From NCBI GenBank assembly GCA_016839705.1, contig JAEOTR010000062.1, positions 38,365 to 102,364 on the forward strand: 64,000 nucleotides of DNA, written 5' to 3'. Positions within the stretch are counted from its first letter, which is position 1. Each line of letters opens with the position of its first letter. This DNA is from Promethearchaeota archaeon. Its GTDB lineage: Archaea; Asgardarchaeota; Lokiarchaeia; Sigyniarchaeales; SOKP01. The notes beneath the pieces were generated by a model that saw only the letters and a list, made by a program, of their open reading frames with translations, did not search any database and was not told the DNA's origin. Below, in pieces: positions 18,946-28,482 of this stretch. Position numbers and translations under genes: made by a program.

Positions 18946-19557
18946 TTAAAACCTTGATTCATTCTTGATGACTTCTTCGAAAACTTCATAGGGTTGAGCA
19001 CCGATCACGAATTGGTTACCAATTAAAAAAGTCGGTACGCCATTAATCCCGCGCCTTCCTAATTCAAACATATTTTTCTTCAACCGATTGACGGGTTCAT
19101 CACTTTCTATATAAGTCATTATCTCTTCCTTATTCAATCCAACGGATTCTGCAAGTTCTATCAGTAGAGAAAGATCTCCAATATCTTTCCCTTCTAACCA
19201 ATAAGATTCAAATACTAATTTGTGAAACTTATCATATAACCCTTTAGTTCGTGCGAATTCAGAGATGAATAATGCTAATTGCGAATTCGGCAACGTTTTG
19301 GTAAACTTTAAGGTAAGACCCTCCTCATCTGCTAACCTTTTTACATTTGCCATAACCATCTCTAAGTAGTCAGGCGGAAATGATAAACCTTCCATCTTAA
19401 ATCCTTGCTTGGGGGTGTTAGGATGAATTTCGAATGGTTCCCACTCTACATCAAGATTATATTCTTCTTTAAGCCTTTCTATTCGGTAGAAACCGATATA
19501 ACAAAAAGGACAGATATAATCGGAGTAAACAATTACTTTCAATTTTTTTTGACTCAT
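18946..19557 (-). CDS. DsbA/FrnE-family oxidoreductase
   Basis: YSDYICPFCYIG, GINGVPTF, GAQP. Confidence 0.9.
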   Translation of the reverse strand: MSQKKLKVIVYSDYICPFCYIGFYRIERLKEEYNLDVEWEPFEIHPNTPKQGFKMEGLSFPPDYLEMVMANVKRLADEEGLTLKFTKTLPNSQLALFISEFARTKGLYDKFHKLVFESYWLEGKDIGDLSLLIELAESVGLNKEEIMTYIESDEPVNRLKKNMFELGRRGINGVPTFLIGNQFVIGAQPYEVFEEVIKNESRF

Positions 19558-19692
19558 AATTCACTGTTAAGAAGGGAAAACACGTTTTTATACTTTATTG
19601 AATTGAAAAATAGTAAAAACATTGATAAAAAATATTATTCAAAAAGAAGATGTAAATAATTTAGGATTAAAATGAATTTTTTATCCCATTTT

Positions 19693-20295
19693 TTATCCCA
19701 TTCCTTGGTTTATTAGAAATTCTGTTAGGGTTTCAAATGATTTTTCTACATTCTGACCCGTTTTGGTCGAGATTTCACTATAACTAGAGAGGTTATATTT
19801 TTTAGCGATTTCAATTCCCTCTTCTCGATTTAATTCACGAACTTCTTGTGAATCTAATTTACTGCCAATCAACATAATTGGAATATCACTTGCTTTTTCT
19901 CTAACAACTTGAGTCAATTCTGATATTTGGTTTAAAGATTTAGAATTCGTAATATCAAACATGATTATAGCTGCATTTGCACCCAAACAATAAGTCGGTA
20001 TGAGGAACTTAAATCTTTCCTCACCAGTCACTTCCCAGATTTGTAATTTAATTTTCTTTCCTTGTAATTCTATTGTTTTAACATAAAAATCCACCCCAAT
20101 GGTTAACCTTTCTGAGGGATTAAAAATGTCAAAGCAAAACCGATGAGCTAAGGCTGTTTTTTCTACTTCAGGTTCACCCAATAATAAAATTTTAAATGTA
20201 AAATCATAATTAAAAGGCGGTCTAAAGATAACCTTCCTTTTTTTTATGAATTTTCTCTTTTTCCAATTTTTCACTAATTTTGAGATTTTATTCAT
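19693..20295 (-). CDS. Rab-like small GTPase with degenerate G-boxes
   Basis: TIGVDF, IKLQIW, ERFKFL; G1 GEPEVEKT, G3 WEVTG, G4 GSKLD. Confidence 0.85.
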   Translation of the reverse strand: MNKISKLVKNWKKRKFIKKRKVIFRPPFNYDFTFKILLLGEPEVEKTALAHRFCFDIFNPSERLTIGVDFYVKTIELQGKKIKLQIWEVTGEERFKFLIPTYCLGANAAIIMFDITNSKSLNQISELTQVVREKASDIPIMLIGSKLDSQEVRELNREEGIEIAKKYNLSSYSEISTKTGQNVEKSFETLTEFLINQGMG

Positions 20296-20504
20296 CGCTA
20301 TAGTTGATTTTATAATAAATTTAAAATATTACCCTTAAATACGTCTTACCTCAAATGTAAAAAGGTGAACTATCAATATAAATCTTACAGTATTGTCCTT
20401 TTTTCATATGACTTAAAAGAAATTGATTCATTCTTTTCAATATTTTCATATAACTAAAAGGAATTCATCCTAAGTAAACAAAAAAAAATTAGGGAGTTTA
20501 GCTT

Positions 20505-20696
20505 TTATTTCTCCTCTTTTTTAACTATATATGGATATTTATCAGTAAGTTCAAACAAGTGTGGATAATTTAATTTCCATCTACGAGATTTGAGAATTTT
20601 CTTCTTAATCTTTTGTCTGTGAATTACTTTTCTACTAACTCTATTACGTGGATATTTTGTTTTCTTTTTTCTTTGCCTTTGATATAAAATTGACAT
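20505..20696 (-). CDS. Small highly basic protein
   Basis: 63 aa, K/R-rich; gaggtg upstream; T-tract downstream. Confidence 0.55.
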   Translation of the reverse strand: MSILYQRQRKKKTKYPRNRVSRKVIHRQKIKKKILKSRRWKLNYPHLFELTDKYPYIVKKEEK

Positions 20697-21311
20697 GCTA
20701 ATCCGTCATATCGAATTAGCCACCTCACAGTCTTCCTTTTACTTTTTTTAATCTTGCTAAAGTGATAAAGAAATCTAATGAAATCTTCTTTAATCTTTAG
20801 AAATTATCACATGATTCTCTATCATGATCTTGAATGATTATATAATCTTTATTTATCTTAAAAACTATTTAAACCTTTCTATTGTTTAATAAACTAATGA
20901 AGATCCAAATCTGACTAATTATTTTTACATAAACCACTCAATCGATAATAAATATCGAATTTTGATATTTATCGATGCTTCTTTGATGAGTTACTCTAAT
21001 AATTTATAGTTGAATATCTCATACTTGCGTTTTCCGGAGTAACCTTCAATGGCTACATATATGCTACTGAAAACTATCAGGAAATACGCTTATTGCTCTA
21101 TAAAAAATATAAATGGAAATAACAATTTTCTGCGTAAAATTATTGAGCATCTTTAATCAGTGGTACTAGAAATTAACCAAGAAATATGGATTATTTAACA
21201 AAAATAAGAAAACTTTCATATAATAATTTTCGTGTTGAGGACTCAGAATTTTAAGAAGATATTTTATCAGGGTTCGTTAAATAACAGCTAGAAAAACAAA
21301 TTAAGAAGAAA

Positions 21312-21722
21312 TTACTTACTTTTTTCCTTTTTTAACTCTCTTTCCAATATTTTAATATCTCGGTCGATTAATTTCGTTTTGGTTTTCTTTTCTTTAGCAA
21401 TCGCATTCAATTTTTCATTAAGAGCTTTTTCCTTGGCCTTTTTCAAAGTGTTATACTCGTGTTCTAAGTTTTTTATAACTTGAATTAATTCTTTCTTTTG
21501 TAATGTTAAATCATCGATTTTACTCACAAGCTCATTAAAAATTGCCTGCTTATTCTGCAGTTTTAATCCAATTTCGCTAATTTTAGGATTATATTCTTCA
21601 TTTATTTTATTTTCAATATAAGTATCCTTTTTTTTTGCGGTTTCTTCTATCTTTTCTATTTCAATAGCAATTTTATTAATTTCATCTCTAATCCTTTGTG
21701 CTTTAAGTTCTTCCTCTGACAT
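21312..21722 (-). CDS. Coiled-coil protein
   Basis: Heptad-like E/K/I/L helical composition along the whole length. Confidence 0.75.
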   Translation of the reverse strand: MSEEELKAQRIRDEINKIAIEIEKIEETAKKKDTYIENKINEEYNPKISEIGLKLQNKQAIFNELVSKIDDLTLQKKELIQVIKNLEHEYNTLKKAKEKALNEKLNAIAKEKKTKTKLIDRDIKILERELKKEKSK

Positions 21723-21777
21723 TTTGATTCCGTTTGATTTATTTTTGTGCTACTTGTTAAATAATTTAAAATTTATT

Positions 21778-22572
21778 TTATTGCTTTTCTTCTGTGACTT
21801 CCTCCGCTAGGACTTTCAATAGTTCCTTTTTTCTCTTTTGAGCATCGATATCCGATTCATCGCTGGTGGGTAATAAACCATTTTCCTCCTCAAGATCAAG
21901 GATGGTCATTTTCTCGATAAATCCTTCATATAAATCATTAATAATGGTTTTTAAATTAGTTACAGAATCTTTGATACGAGGGTTCGTTTTGAGGTTATTT
22001 TCATTACTTTCTATCTCCTCACTTATTATTTTTAACTCCTTCGACATGTCTTCTAAGGATTCAAATATATATCTGTCGTTTTCTAACTGTGTTAATTTCT
22101 GTTCCTCTGATTTTTTTCTAGTCTCTTCTATAGTTTCCCAATATAATTCTTTTATCTCATCTTTAATTAATTGTTCATTCTTTTTTATTTTCTCTTTATC
22201 AATTTCATCGTAATTGTTTATGTCATTTATGTAGAACCCAGCATAAATGTTTTCATTCGATTGCATCATTTCAGCAAATTTTTTGCACAAATTTGCGATA
22301 CTTTCCTCAATTTCCGGAGAAAATTGTTGATAAATAATTATTGAAACCATCACCATTTCTCTAAATCCGCGAGCCCAATCTGAAGGAATTTGAAAATAAT
22401 AGTTTAGAAATTTAAACTCTTCGAAAGAATGTATAAAAAATTCTTCCCCTCTCTGCTGAGTCATAACATCATACAGTCTATCTGATATTTCCTCCCCTAC
22501 CTGATCAGGTGGAAATGAACAAAATATCTTCGGACCGATTCTTGTATGAAAAAATGATAGCAGAATGAGCAT
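21778..22572 (-). CDS. uDENN/longin-like domain protein with C-terminal coiled coil
   Basis: LSFFHTRIGPKI and YYFQIPSDWARGFREMVMVS motifs. Confidence 0.65.
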   Translation of the reverse strand: MLILLSFFHTRIGPKIFCSFPPDQVGEEISDRLYDVMTQQRGEEFFIHSFEEFKFLNYYFQIPSDWARGFREMVMVSIIIYQQFSPEIEESIANLCKKFAEMMQSNENIYAGFYINDINNYDEIDKEKIKKNEQLIKDEIKELYWETIEETRKKSEEQKLTQLENDRYIFESLEDMSKELKIISEEIESNENNLKTNPRIKDSVTNLKTIINDLYEGFIEKMTILDLEEENGLLPTSDESDIDAQKRKKELLKVLAEEVTEEKQ

Positions 22573-22721
22573 TTTATTTCACTCCTTTTATAATCTCTAT
22601 ATGTTTTAATAAGATAATCTGAGCATATAAATAATTATATGTTTTATTATCTCTAGCACTAATCCTTTCAAAAAAAGCGAAGAAAATGTGATTCTTACAA
22701 GATTTTAAAAATAACCGATAG

Positions 22722-23120
22722 TTAATCCTTAATCTTGGATTGAAAATCTAAGGAAATTGAATTAATACAATAACGGCAACCGGTGGGGTTTGGTCCATCA
22801 TTAAAGACATGCCCTAAGTGCCCTCCACAATTACTACAGAGAACTTCGGTTCGTTTCATATCATAGCTCGTATCTATTTGTTCTTTAACATTAGCTTCAT
22901 CATAAGGTTTATCAAAACTCGGCCAACCTGTTCCTGAATCAAATTTCTCCTCCGAAGAGAATAGAGGTGCTCCACAACCCGCACATTTGTAAACACCTTT
23001 TTCATGATGGTTCCAATATTTTCCTCTAAAAGCGGGTTCAGTCCCCTTCTCACGGAGAACACGATACTGTTCTTTGGTTAATTTCTTCTTCCATTTATCT
23101 TCAGATAATTCTGACTCCAT
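22722..23120 (-). CDS. msrB: Peptide-methionine (R)-S-oxide reductase
   Basis: [35 protein letters not shown]. Confidence 0.97.
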   Translation of the reverse strand: MESELSEDKWKKKLTKEQYRVLREKGTEPAFRGKYWNHHEKGVYKCAGCGAPLFSSEEKFDSGTGWPSFDKPYDEANVKEQIDTSYDMKRTEVLCSNCGGHLGHVFNDGPNPTGCRYCINSISLDFQSKIKD

Positions 23121-23270
23121 ATAACTAATAAGAAATTCCCCTTATTAGAATTATTGCCTTATAACCAGTAAACATACCTTTTTCTATGCTTATATAAAAA
23201 ATCTAATTGTCATTTTAGATTTATACAAAATTAAGCTTAGGTTTAACTTTTAGAAATATTAATCTAAGTT

Positions 23271-23750
23271 ATGGAGATTCAAAAAGCAATTTTTGCTGCG
23301 GGTTGTTTTTGGGGTGTAGAATCAAAATTCAGAAAAGTACCGGGTGTCTTATCTACTCGAGTAGGATATACCGGGGGTCAATTTAGCGAACCTACGTATA
23401 AGGACGTATGTTCCCTTAAAACGGGCCATGCAGAAGCTATAGAAATTACGTTTGATCCTTCTAAAGTATCATATGATGAATTACTAGATATATTTTGGTC
23501 AATTCACGACCCTACAACATTAAATCGTCAAGGTCCTGATATCGGTTTACAATATCGATCAGCAATATTCTTCATTAATCACGAGCAAAAAGAGAAAGCT
23601 ATACGCTCAAAAGATAAAATTGATGCATCTAGGCGCTTTAAAAAACCAGTAGTGACCCAAATAGTCCCCGCTTCTGATTTTTGGGAAGCAGAAGAATACC
23701 ACCAGCAATATGACGAAAAAAGGAAAAAACGTTTTATATTCAACATCTGA
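23271..23750 (+). CDS. msrA: Peptide-methionine (S)-S-oxide reductase
   Basis: AGCFWGVE, GHAEAI, HDPT, QYRSAIF, AEEYHQQY. Confidence 0.97.
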   Translation: MEIQKAIFAAGCFWGVESKFRKVPGVLSTRVGYTGGQFSEPTYKDVCSLKTGHAEAIEITFDPSKVSYDELLDIFWSIHDPTTLNRQGPDIGLQYRSAIFFINHEQKEKAIRSKDKIDASRRFKKPVVTQIVPASDFWEAEEYHQQYDEKRKKRFIFNI

Positions 23751-23789
23751 AACTTTAAATAAATATCTGCCCTATATTTATGCAGGAAA

Positions 23790-24215
23790 ATGAGTCCATC
23801 AATAGAAATAAGTGAAATTGTTAAAGGCAAATTGGATGAATTCAAAAAAAAAAGCGGTAGTCAATCATATTCAGATACTATAAATATTTGCTTAATTCAA
23901 TTGAAGCTACTTGAAGATAATCAAAAATTAATCACCGAAGTTCGTGATACATTAAAATCATTTAGTCCTATTGCTTCTAAAGATACAAAGATGATTGATG
24001 CGTTAAGAAATTATGTGAATACTGAGGATAACTCAGATAAGTTATCCATGTTCGTAAGATTGATTGATTCGAAAGCCAATTTACATAAACTCTTAGTATC
24101 TCAGGGAAAAGTAAGAGAAGCTCAGAATGTGCATTCTGAATGGAAAGCGTTAGTCGAAGTTGCAAATCTATTGGGTATTGAATCCGAACTTGAAATGATT
24201 AAAAAAGAAGTCTAG
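23790..24215 (+). CDS. Hypothetical protein with N-terminal ribbon-helix-helix-like segment
   Basis: SIEISEIVKGKLDEFKKKSGSQSYSDTI resembles the RHH/antitoxin pattern. Confidence 0.55.
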   Translation: MSPSIEISEIVKGKLDEFKKKSGSQSYSDTINICLIQLKLLEDNQKLITEVRDTLKSFSPIASKDTKMIDALRNYVNTEDNSDKLSMFVRLIDSKANLHKLLVSQGKVREAQNVHSEWKALVEVANLLGIESELEMIKKEV

Positions 24216-24326
24216 CTTTTTTCTAAAAAAATTATTGTTATTTTCTCAAGAGATCTATTTTCTAAATCTTTTAATTTCAACTAAATCATTTTATATATAA
24301 TCGAAGTATATCTTTATTGAGAGTTC

Positions 24327-24638
24327 ATGTCTGATTCAGATGATGACTTTGAAAATGATGCTTGGGAGTACTTAGATAAAGTAAAGAATGCTCTTAACGG
24401 CTTATTTGAGGTTTTAAATGTAGCGCTAGAGCCAGAAAACATCTTATATAAATGTGGTGTTGATAACTTAGAGGCACTAAGGAAGGGTTTGATAGAATTG
24501 CTTATGAAGGATTTTAACAGCTTGGAATTACAGGATACATTACGTAAGATTGAATTCAATGTTAAAAAATCTTTATTCTTTGAGCCTCCTAAGAAAAACA
24601 AGTTTGACGAAAAAAAAGATGAGGAAAAAACAATCTAG
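24327..24638 (+). CDS. Hypothetical helical protein
   Basis: 103-aa ORF with TATA-like element upstream. Confidence 0.7.
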   Translation: MSDSDDDFENDAWEYLDKVKNALNGLFEVLNVALEPENILYKCGVDNLEALRKGLIELLMKDFNSLELQDTLRKIEFNVKKSLFFEPPKKNKFDEKKDEEKTI

Positions 24639-24665
24639 ACTTCTTATTTAAATTAGAGTTGTTTC

Positions 24666-25490
24666 CTATTCTTTTATATTAATTTGTGATCGTTTTTTAG
24701 GATAGGCTACTTCAGATCTTCTGGTAATAAAAGATTGATCAAGATCATGAGCCATTCGTTTAGCAATCTTAAAGGGGATACCGAGTGATAAATAACTTTG
24801 AGGAAACCAATAATTTCCGGTAGGATCAGTAGGACCAATAATAATACAATTTTTTGGACCATTTTCAGCCATTCCTGCTGGATATGTCACAAAAGAAGCA
24901 CATGAAGGACCCCAGGGGATTTGAATATTAACTCCATTCTCCGGTCGAAAATGTGCTAAGGAACAGAGATTTCTTATTTGTTCAGGAACCCCGAAACAGA
25001 TAAAGGTTTTTACTTTAAGATTTTTATCATTTATGCCATCACATTTTTGCAGTACAGTATACTTCCCAAGAGGTGTAATTTTTCCAATTGATTTTAGCTG
25101 TTTTTCAGCCAAGTTAGGATTGGCTATTAAAAATTCAGCGGCTCCACTTCTAAAATCTTCTGAACCTGTTGATAAAAAATATTTTAGCATTGGGAAAAAT
25201 CCCTTATAACCAAACCATGCTTGTCCTCCTGGACAACAACCCTCCAAATCATCTTCCCCAATATATGCAGTATTGATATTTTCCTGGGCGGATAGGGTAA
25301 AAATAGAGTTCGCAATGCACCGATTAATCTTCTTTATTGGAGTTGCATCAACAGGAATTGTGTCTGAACCGTAAACGCATAAAACACTTGTCATTAACAT
25401 CCCTGCTTTAACTAGCTTGAGTCCAATTTCTTTAATTGTTAAATCTACCATACTTATCCCATATCCATTTTTCTTTTTCCTATTTGTCAT
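24666..25490 (-). CDS. DUF169-family protein
   Basis: GCCPGGQAWFG, FLSTG, PEQIRNLCSLAHF, PWGPSCAS, GPTDPT. Confidence 0.75.
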   Translation of the reverse strand: MTNRKKKNGYGISMVDLTIKEIGLKLVKAGMLMTSVLCVYGSDTIPVDATPIKKINRCIANSIFTLSAQENINTAYIGEDDLEGCCPGGQAWFGYKGFFPMLKYFLSTGSEDFRSGAAEFLIANPNLAEKQLKSIGKITPLGKYTVLQKCDGINDKNLKVKTFICFGVPEQIRNLCSLAHFRPENGVNIQIPWGPSCASFVTYPAGMAENGPKNCIIIGPTDPTGNYWFPQSYLSLGIPFKIAKRMAHDLDQSFITRRSEVAYPKKRSQINIKE

Positions 25491-25710
25491 AAAATTCTCT
25501 TAAAAAATCTTCAGAATTCAAGAAGATCTCACAATCACAAAATCCACCTGAATTTCTACAATTTTCCAAAAATTCTTCTTGTTCATCCTTAGGAATATCC
25601 ATTACTTCTAAAACAATCATTGCATTTGCTAAATTACTTCCGTTACAACCATTAATTTGCATAAGTTGTTCTAAACGTTTGAAGAATGTCTCTAAATCTT
25701 CACTGTTCAT
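25480..25710 (-). CDS. DUF2695-family protein
   Basis: GGFCDCEIFLN motif. Confidence 0.8.
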   Translation of the reverse strand: MNSEDLETFFKRLEQLMQINGCNGSNLANAMIVLEVMDIPKDEQEEFLENCRNSGGFCDCEIFLNSEDFLREFYDK

Positions 25711-25778
25711 TTAGTTCATTCCTTCCTTTCATTAATTTAAGAGTGATTAAAAAAATAATTCAAGAATTGAAAAAAAAA

Positions 25779-27314
25779 TTAGTATTTACCAATTTCTTCT
25801 TCGTCAATTTCAATATCCGAACTTTTCTTACCTACCTTCGAAACTTTTTTTATAAACCGATATGGATCAAGTATTTCATCTGAGATATTTGCGACACTGG
25901 TATGAGCACCCTGTGCACGAAGAGTGTCTTGTAATAGATTAACATCCAGATCTTTTGGGCTAATATTTTGCTTTGCAGCGAGAGCCGCTGCGGTTCCAGC
26001 CGCTTGACCCGTGCACATGCTCGGGGTACAATATCTTAATCCTCCATCAGTGAATATTCCGCATGAGATTGTTGTACCTGCTGCTAGTAAATTATGTATT
26101 TCTTTAGACACTATGGAACGATAAGGAATATCGTGAGGAAGAATCTCATATCCAAATCTACCAGTTACCTCCCAAATATCTGGAGGTTGATTATTTATAG
26201 CAATTGAATCACCAAAGGATTTTCCCTCTCGCATTTCCGCTACGGTTACCACGTGATCCCCTAAAATTCTATGCATTGTGGTTACTGGATAATTAGCAGT
26301 TTTCTCAACAAAGCAATTTTCAAAACCAGGAATCTGTTCCTTGAGTAATTTCTGAACTTCGAATGCCTGCCTTCTTAGACTAATTTCAAGATTAGTTTGC
26401 TCTCCAGCCATCCACATATGATTGTCTCCTCGTGGTCCGTACATGGGATTCATTACCCAAATCCTGCCACCCCCATGAACGCTATGTCCTGGAGAGAGGA
26501 TGATACTATCCCCCCTAATATAGGCTCCTTTCTCTCGTGCCTCCCTGACCATTCTATGTCCTCCATACATTTGACCCCATTCATCCATATGGTCTGCTCT
26601 ATATTCTAACCATTTACTAACGTTTACCCCACCAAGGTAAAATGCGGTTAATGAACCCATATTGCGTCCCCTACGCCGACCCATAGGAATTTTATCATCT
26701 AATACCGATGCTCCTGATTTCCATGCAATGTCTCCATCCCCAGTCGTATCTAATATAACTTTCCCTAATACGGCTCTTCGCCCTTCTTTACCTTCAACAA
26801 TTACACCTTTAAGCATGTCTCCTTCTCTTATGACTCCCGCTGCAAAAGAATGCAGAAACATCTTTACCCCATCGTTTTGCATCAAAGAATCAAGAAGATA
26901 CTTGTAATACTCCAGATCAAAGATAGTTTCACCGCCCCACCATCCTACATTGGTATTTAGCAACCTTTTTGGCAGGTTTTCCTCACCGTATCGTCTAATA
27001 AGACTGGCTCTAAAGGGATTCCGACGTTGTCGTTTTTCATCCACTTTTCTCATAGCACCACCTTCCATGAGACGGGAAATAAGTTCTTGTATAATTCCAT
27101 TATGTATCTCCGGATCTACTCGAGAAAAGACTGAATTAAGGCCTTGTGTCTGTTGTCCCCCCAAGCTACCAAAACGTTCTACTAAAACAGTTCTGGCTCC
27201 TGTTCGCGAAGAAGCTAAAGCGGCACCTATACCTGCTGGCCCTCCACCTACGACAATTACATCTACGTTATCAATTACCGGAAGATCTCTAGCCGGTTCT
27301 CTAACGGTTTCCAT
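25779..27314 (-). CDS. FAD-dependent oxidoreductase (FAD_oxidored/GidA-like)
   Basis: DVIVVGGGPAG, LVERFGSLGG, LDTTGDGD, IPYRSIV...NLLAAG, GQAAGTAAAL. Confidence 0.9.
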   Translation of the reverse strand: METVREPARDLPVIDNVDVIVVGGGPAGIGAALASSRTGARTVLVERFGSLGGQQTQGLNSVFSRVDPEIHNGIIQELISRLMEGGAMRKVDEKRQRRNPFRASLIRRYGEENLPKRLLNTNVGWWGGETIFDLEYYKYLLDSLMQNDGVKMFLHSFAAGVIREGDMLKGVIVEGKEGRRAVLGKVILDTTGDGDIAWKSGASVLDDKIPMGRRRGRNMGSLTAFYLGGVNVSKWLEYRADHMDEWGQMYGGHRMVREAREKGAYIRGDSIILSPGHSVHGGGRIWVMNPMYGPRGDNHMWMAGEQTNLEISLRRQAFEVQKLLKEQIPGFENCFVEKTANYPVTTMHRILGDHVVTVAEMREGKSFGDSIAINNQPPDIWEVTGRFGYEILPHDIPYRSIVSKEIHNLLAAGTTISCGIFTDGGLRYCTPSMCTGQAAGTAAALAAKQNISPKDLDVNLLQDTLRAQGAHTSVANISDEILDPYRFIKKVSKVGKKSSDIEIDEEEIGKY

Positions 27315-27530
27315 TTTTCACCATTTTCTTACTCTTTTCTATTTTTTAATAATATTAATTAATCAATCTACCTTAAAAATTTAATATTTTGATTAACAAT
27401 GAGTTAAAAATTGGAAATTCTTGTTCTAACAAGGATATTCTTTCAAGCTTTAAGAAAATTTCAAAAAGAAAAAAGAGTTTAAAAAAATTCTTTCTTATTT
27501 AATAATTAAACTTTTACTTTTTGGTAAGAC

Positions 27531-27635
27531 TTATTTTTTAGCACCTGCTTTTTTCTTAGGAGCTGCTTTTTTCTTAGGGGCTGCCTTTTTCTTAGGGGCT
27601 GCCTTTTTCTTAGGGGCTGCCTTTTTCTTTGCCAT
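27531..27635 (-). CDS. 34-aa Lys/Ala/Pro-repeat microprotein (histone H1 tail-like)
   Basis: MAKKKAAPKKKAAPKKKAAPKKKAAPKKKAGAKK; 18-bp repeat with synonymous variation; RBS gaggag; T-tracts downstream. Confidence 0.8.
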   Translation of the reverse strand: MAKKKAAPKKKAAPKKKAAPKKKAAPKKKAGAKK

Positions 27636-27849
27636 TAGTTTTTACGACTCCTCAACATTTTTTATATTGATTAAATTTTAAAGATTAGTAAAATAAAATT
27701 TATTTTTTTTTAAAGATTTCTTTTTTCATTTATTATTAATTTCAAGATAGATGAAATCCATAACTATTACTCTCTTAAATTTATTCATTAATCAAAACAG
27801 ATATTATCAGAAAATTTCGGAAAATAATCAAAAATAAATAAAAAGAACC

Positions 27850-28371
27850 TCAATTTCCTGCTTTCTTTATTATTCGATTTGTAAGTTCGAGAAAAGCAGT
27901 TTCCACATTTTCACCAGTTTTAGCAGATGTTTCAATATAGAAACAACCTTCATTTTCTGCATATTTTTCTGCTTCACTCCGATCTACAATCTGACCAATT
28001 TCAGGGATTAAATCGGATTTATTTCCTATTATTACCTTAGGTACGTCCATTTTCATGATACTACGCATTTCTCTAAGCCACGTTTTCATACTTGAAAATG
28101 TATTTTGTCTTGAAAGATCAAATACAAGCAATGCCCCCGTAGCCCCCTCATAAAAGCTACGATGGAGAAATTTAAATCTTTCCTGACCACCAATATCCCA
28201 TATATGGAGTTTTGCATATTTTGTTGGTTGATATTCTACTGTTTTTGTTAAAAAATCAACACCAATAGTCACTTTATATTTCAAAACAAATTGGTTATGT
28301 ACAAATCTGTGTAGTAAACTTGTTTTTCCTACCGCACTAGGACCAACAATTATAACTTTATGTTTATCCAT
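27850..28371 (-). CDS. Rab-like small GTPase (intact G1-G5)
   Basis: GPSAVGKT, TIGVDF, WDIGGQERF, GNKSD, ETSAK. Confidence 0.95.
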   Translation of the reverse strand: MDKHKVIIVGPSAVGKTSLLHRFVHNQFVLKYKVTIGVDFLTKTVEYQPTKYAKLHIWDIGGQERFKFLHRSFYEGATGALLVFDLSRQNTFSSMKTWLREMRSIMKMDVPKVIIGNKSDLIPEIGQIVDRSEAEKYAENEGCFYIETSAKTGENVETAFLELTNRIIKKAGN

Positions 28372-28482
28372 TCGATTCTACTCTTAATTTTCTCTTCTAA
28401 TGTATAATCGTTTAATGTCTTAATAAATTTAGTCTAAACAATAATTCAAAATTAGAATGCCTAGTTAAAATTTATAGATTAT

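Noticed and set aside
18946-23750. Possible selenoproteins (DsbA-like, MsrA, MsrB)
   Set aside because: Active-site residues are Cys codons, no in-frame TGA is needed, and no SECIS-like element was recognised
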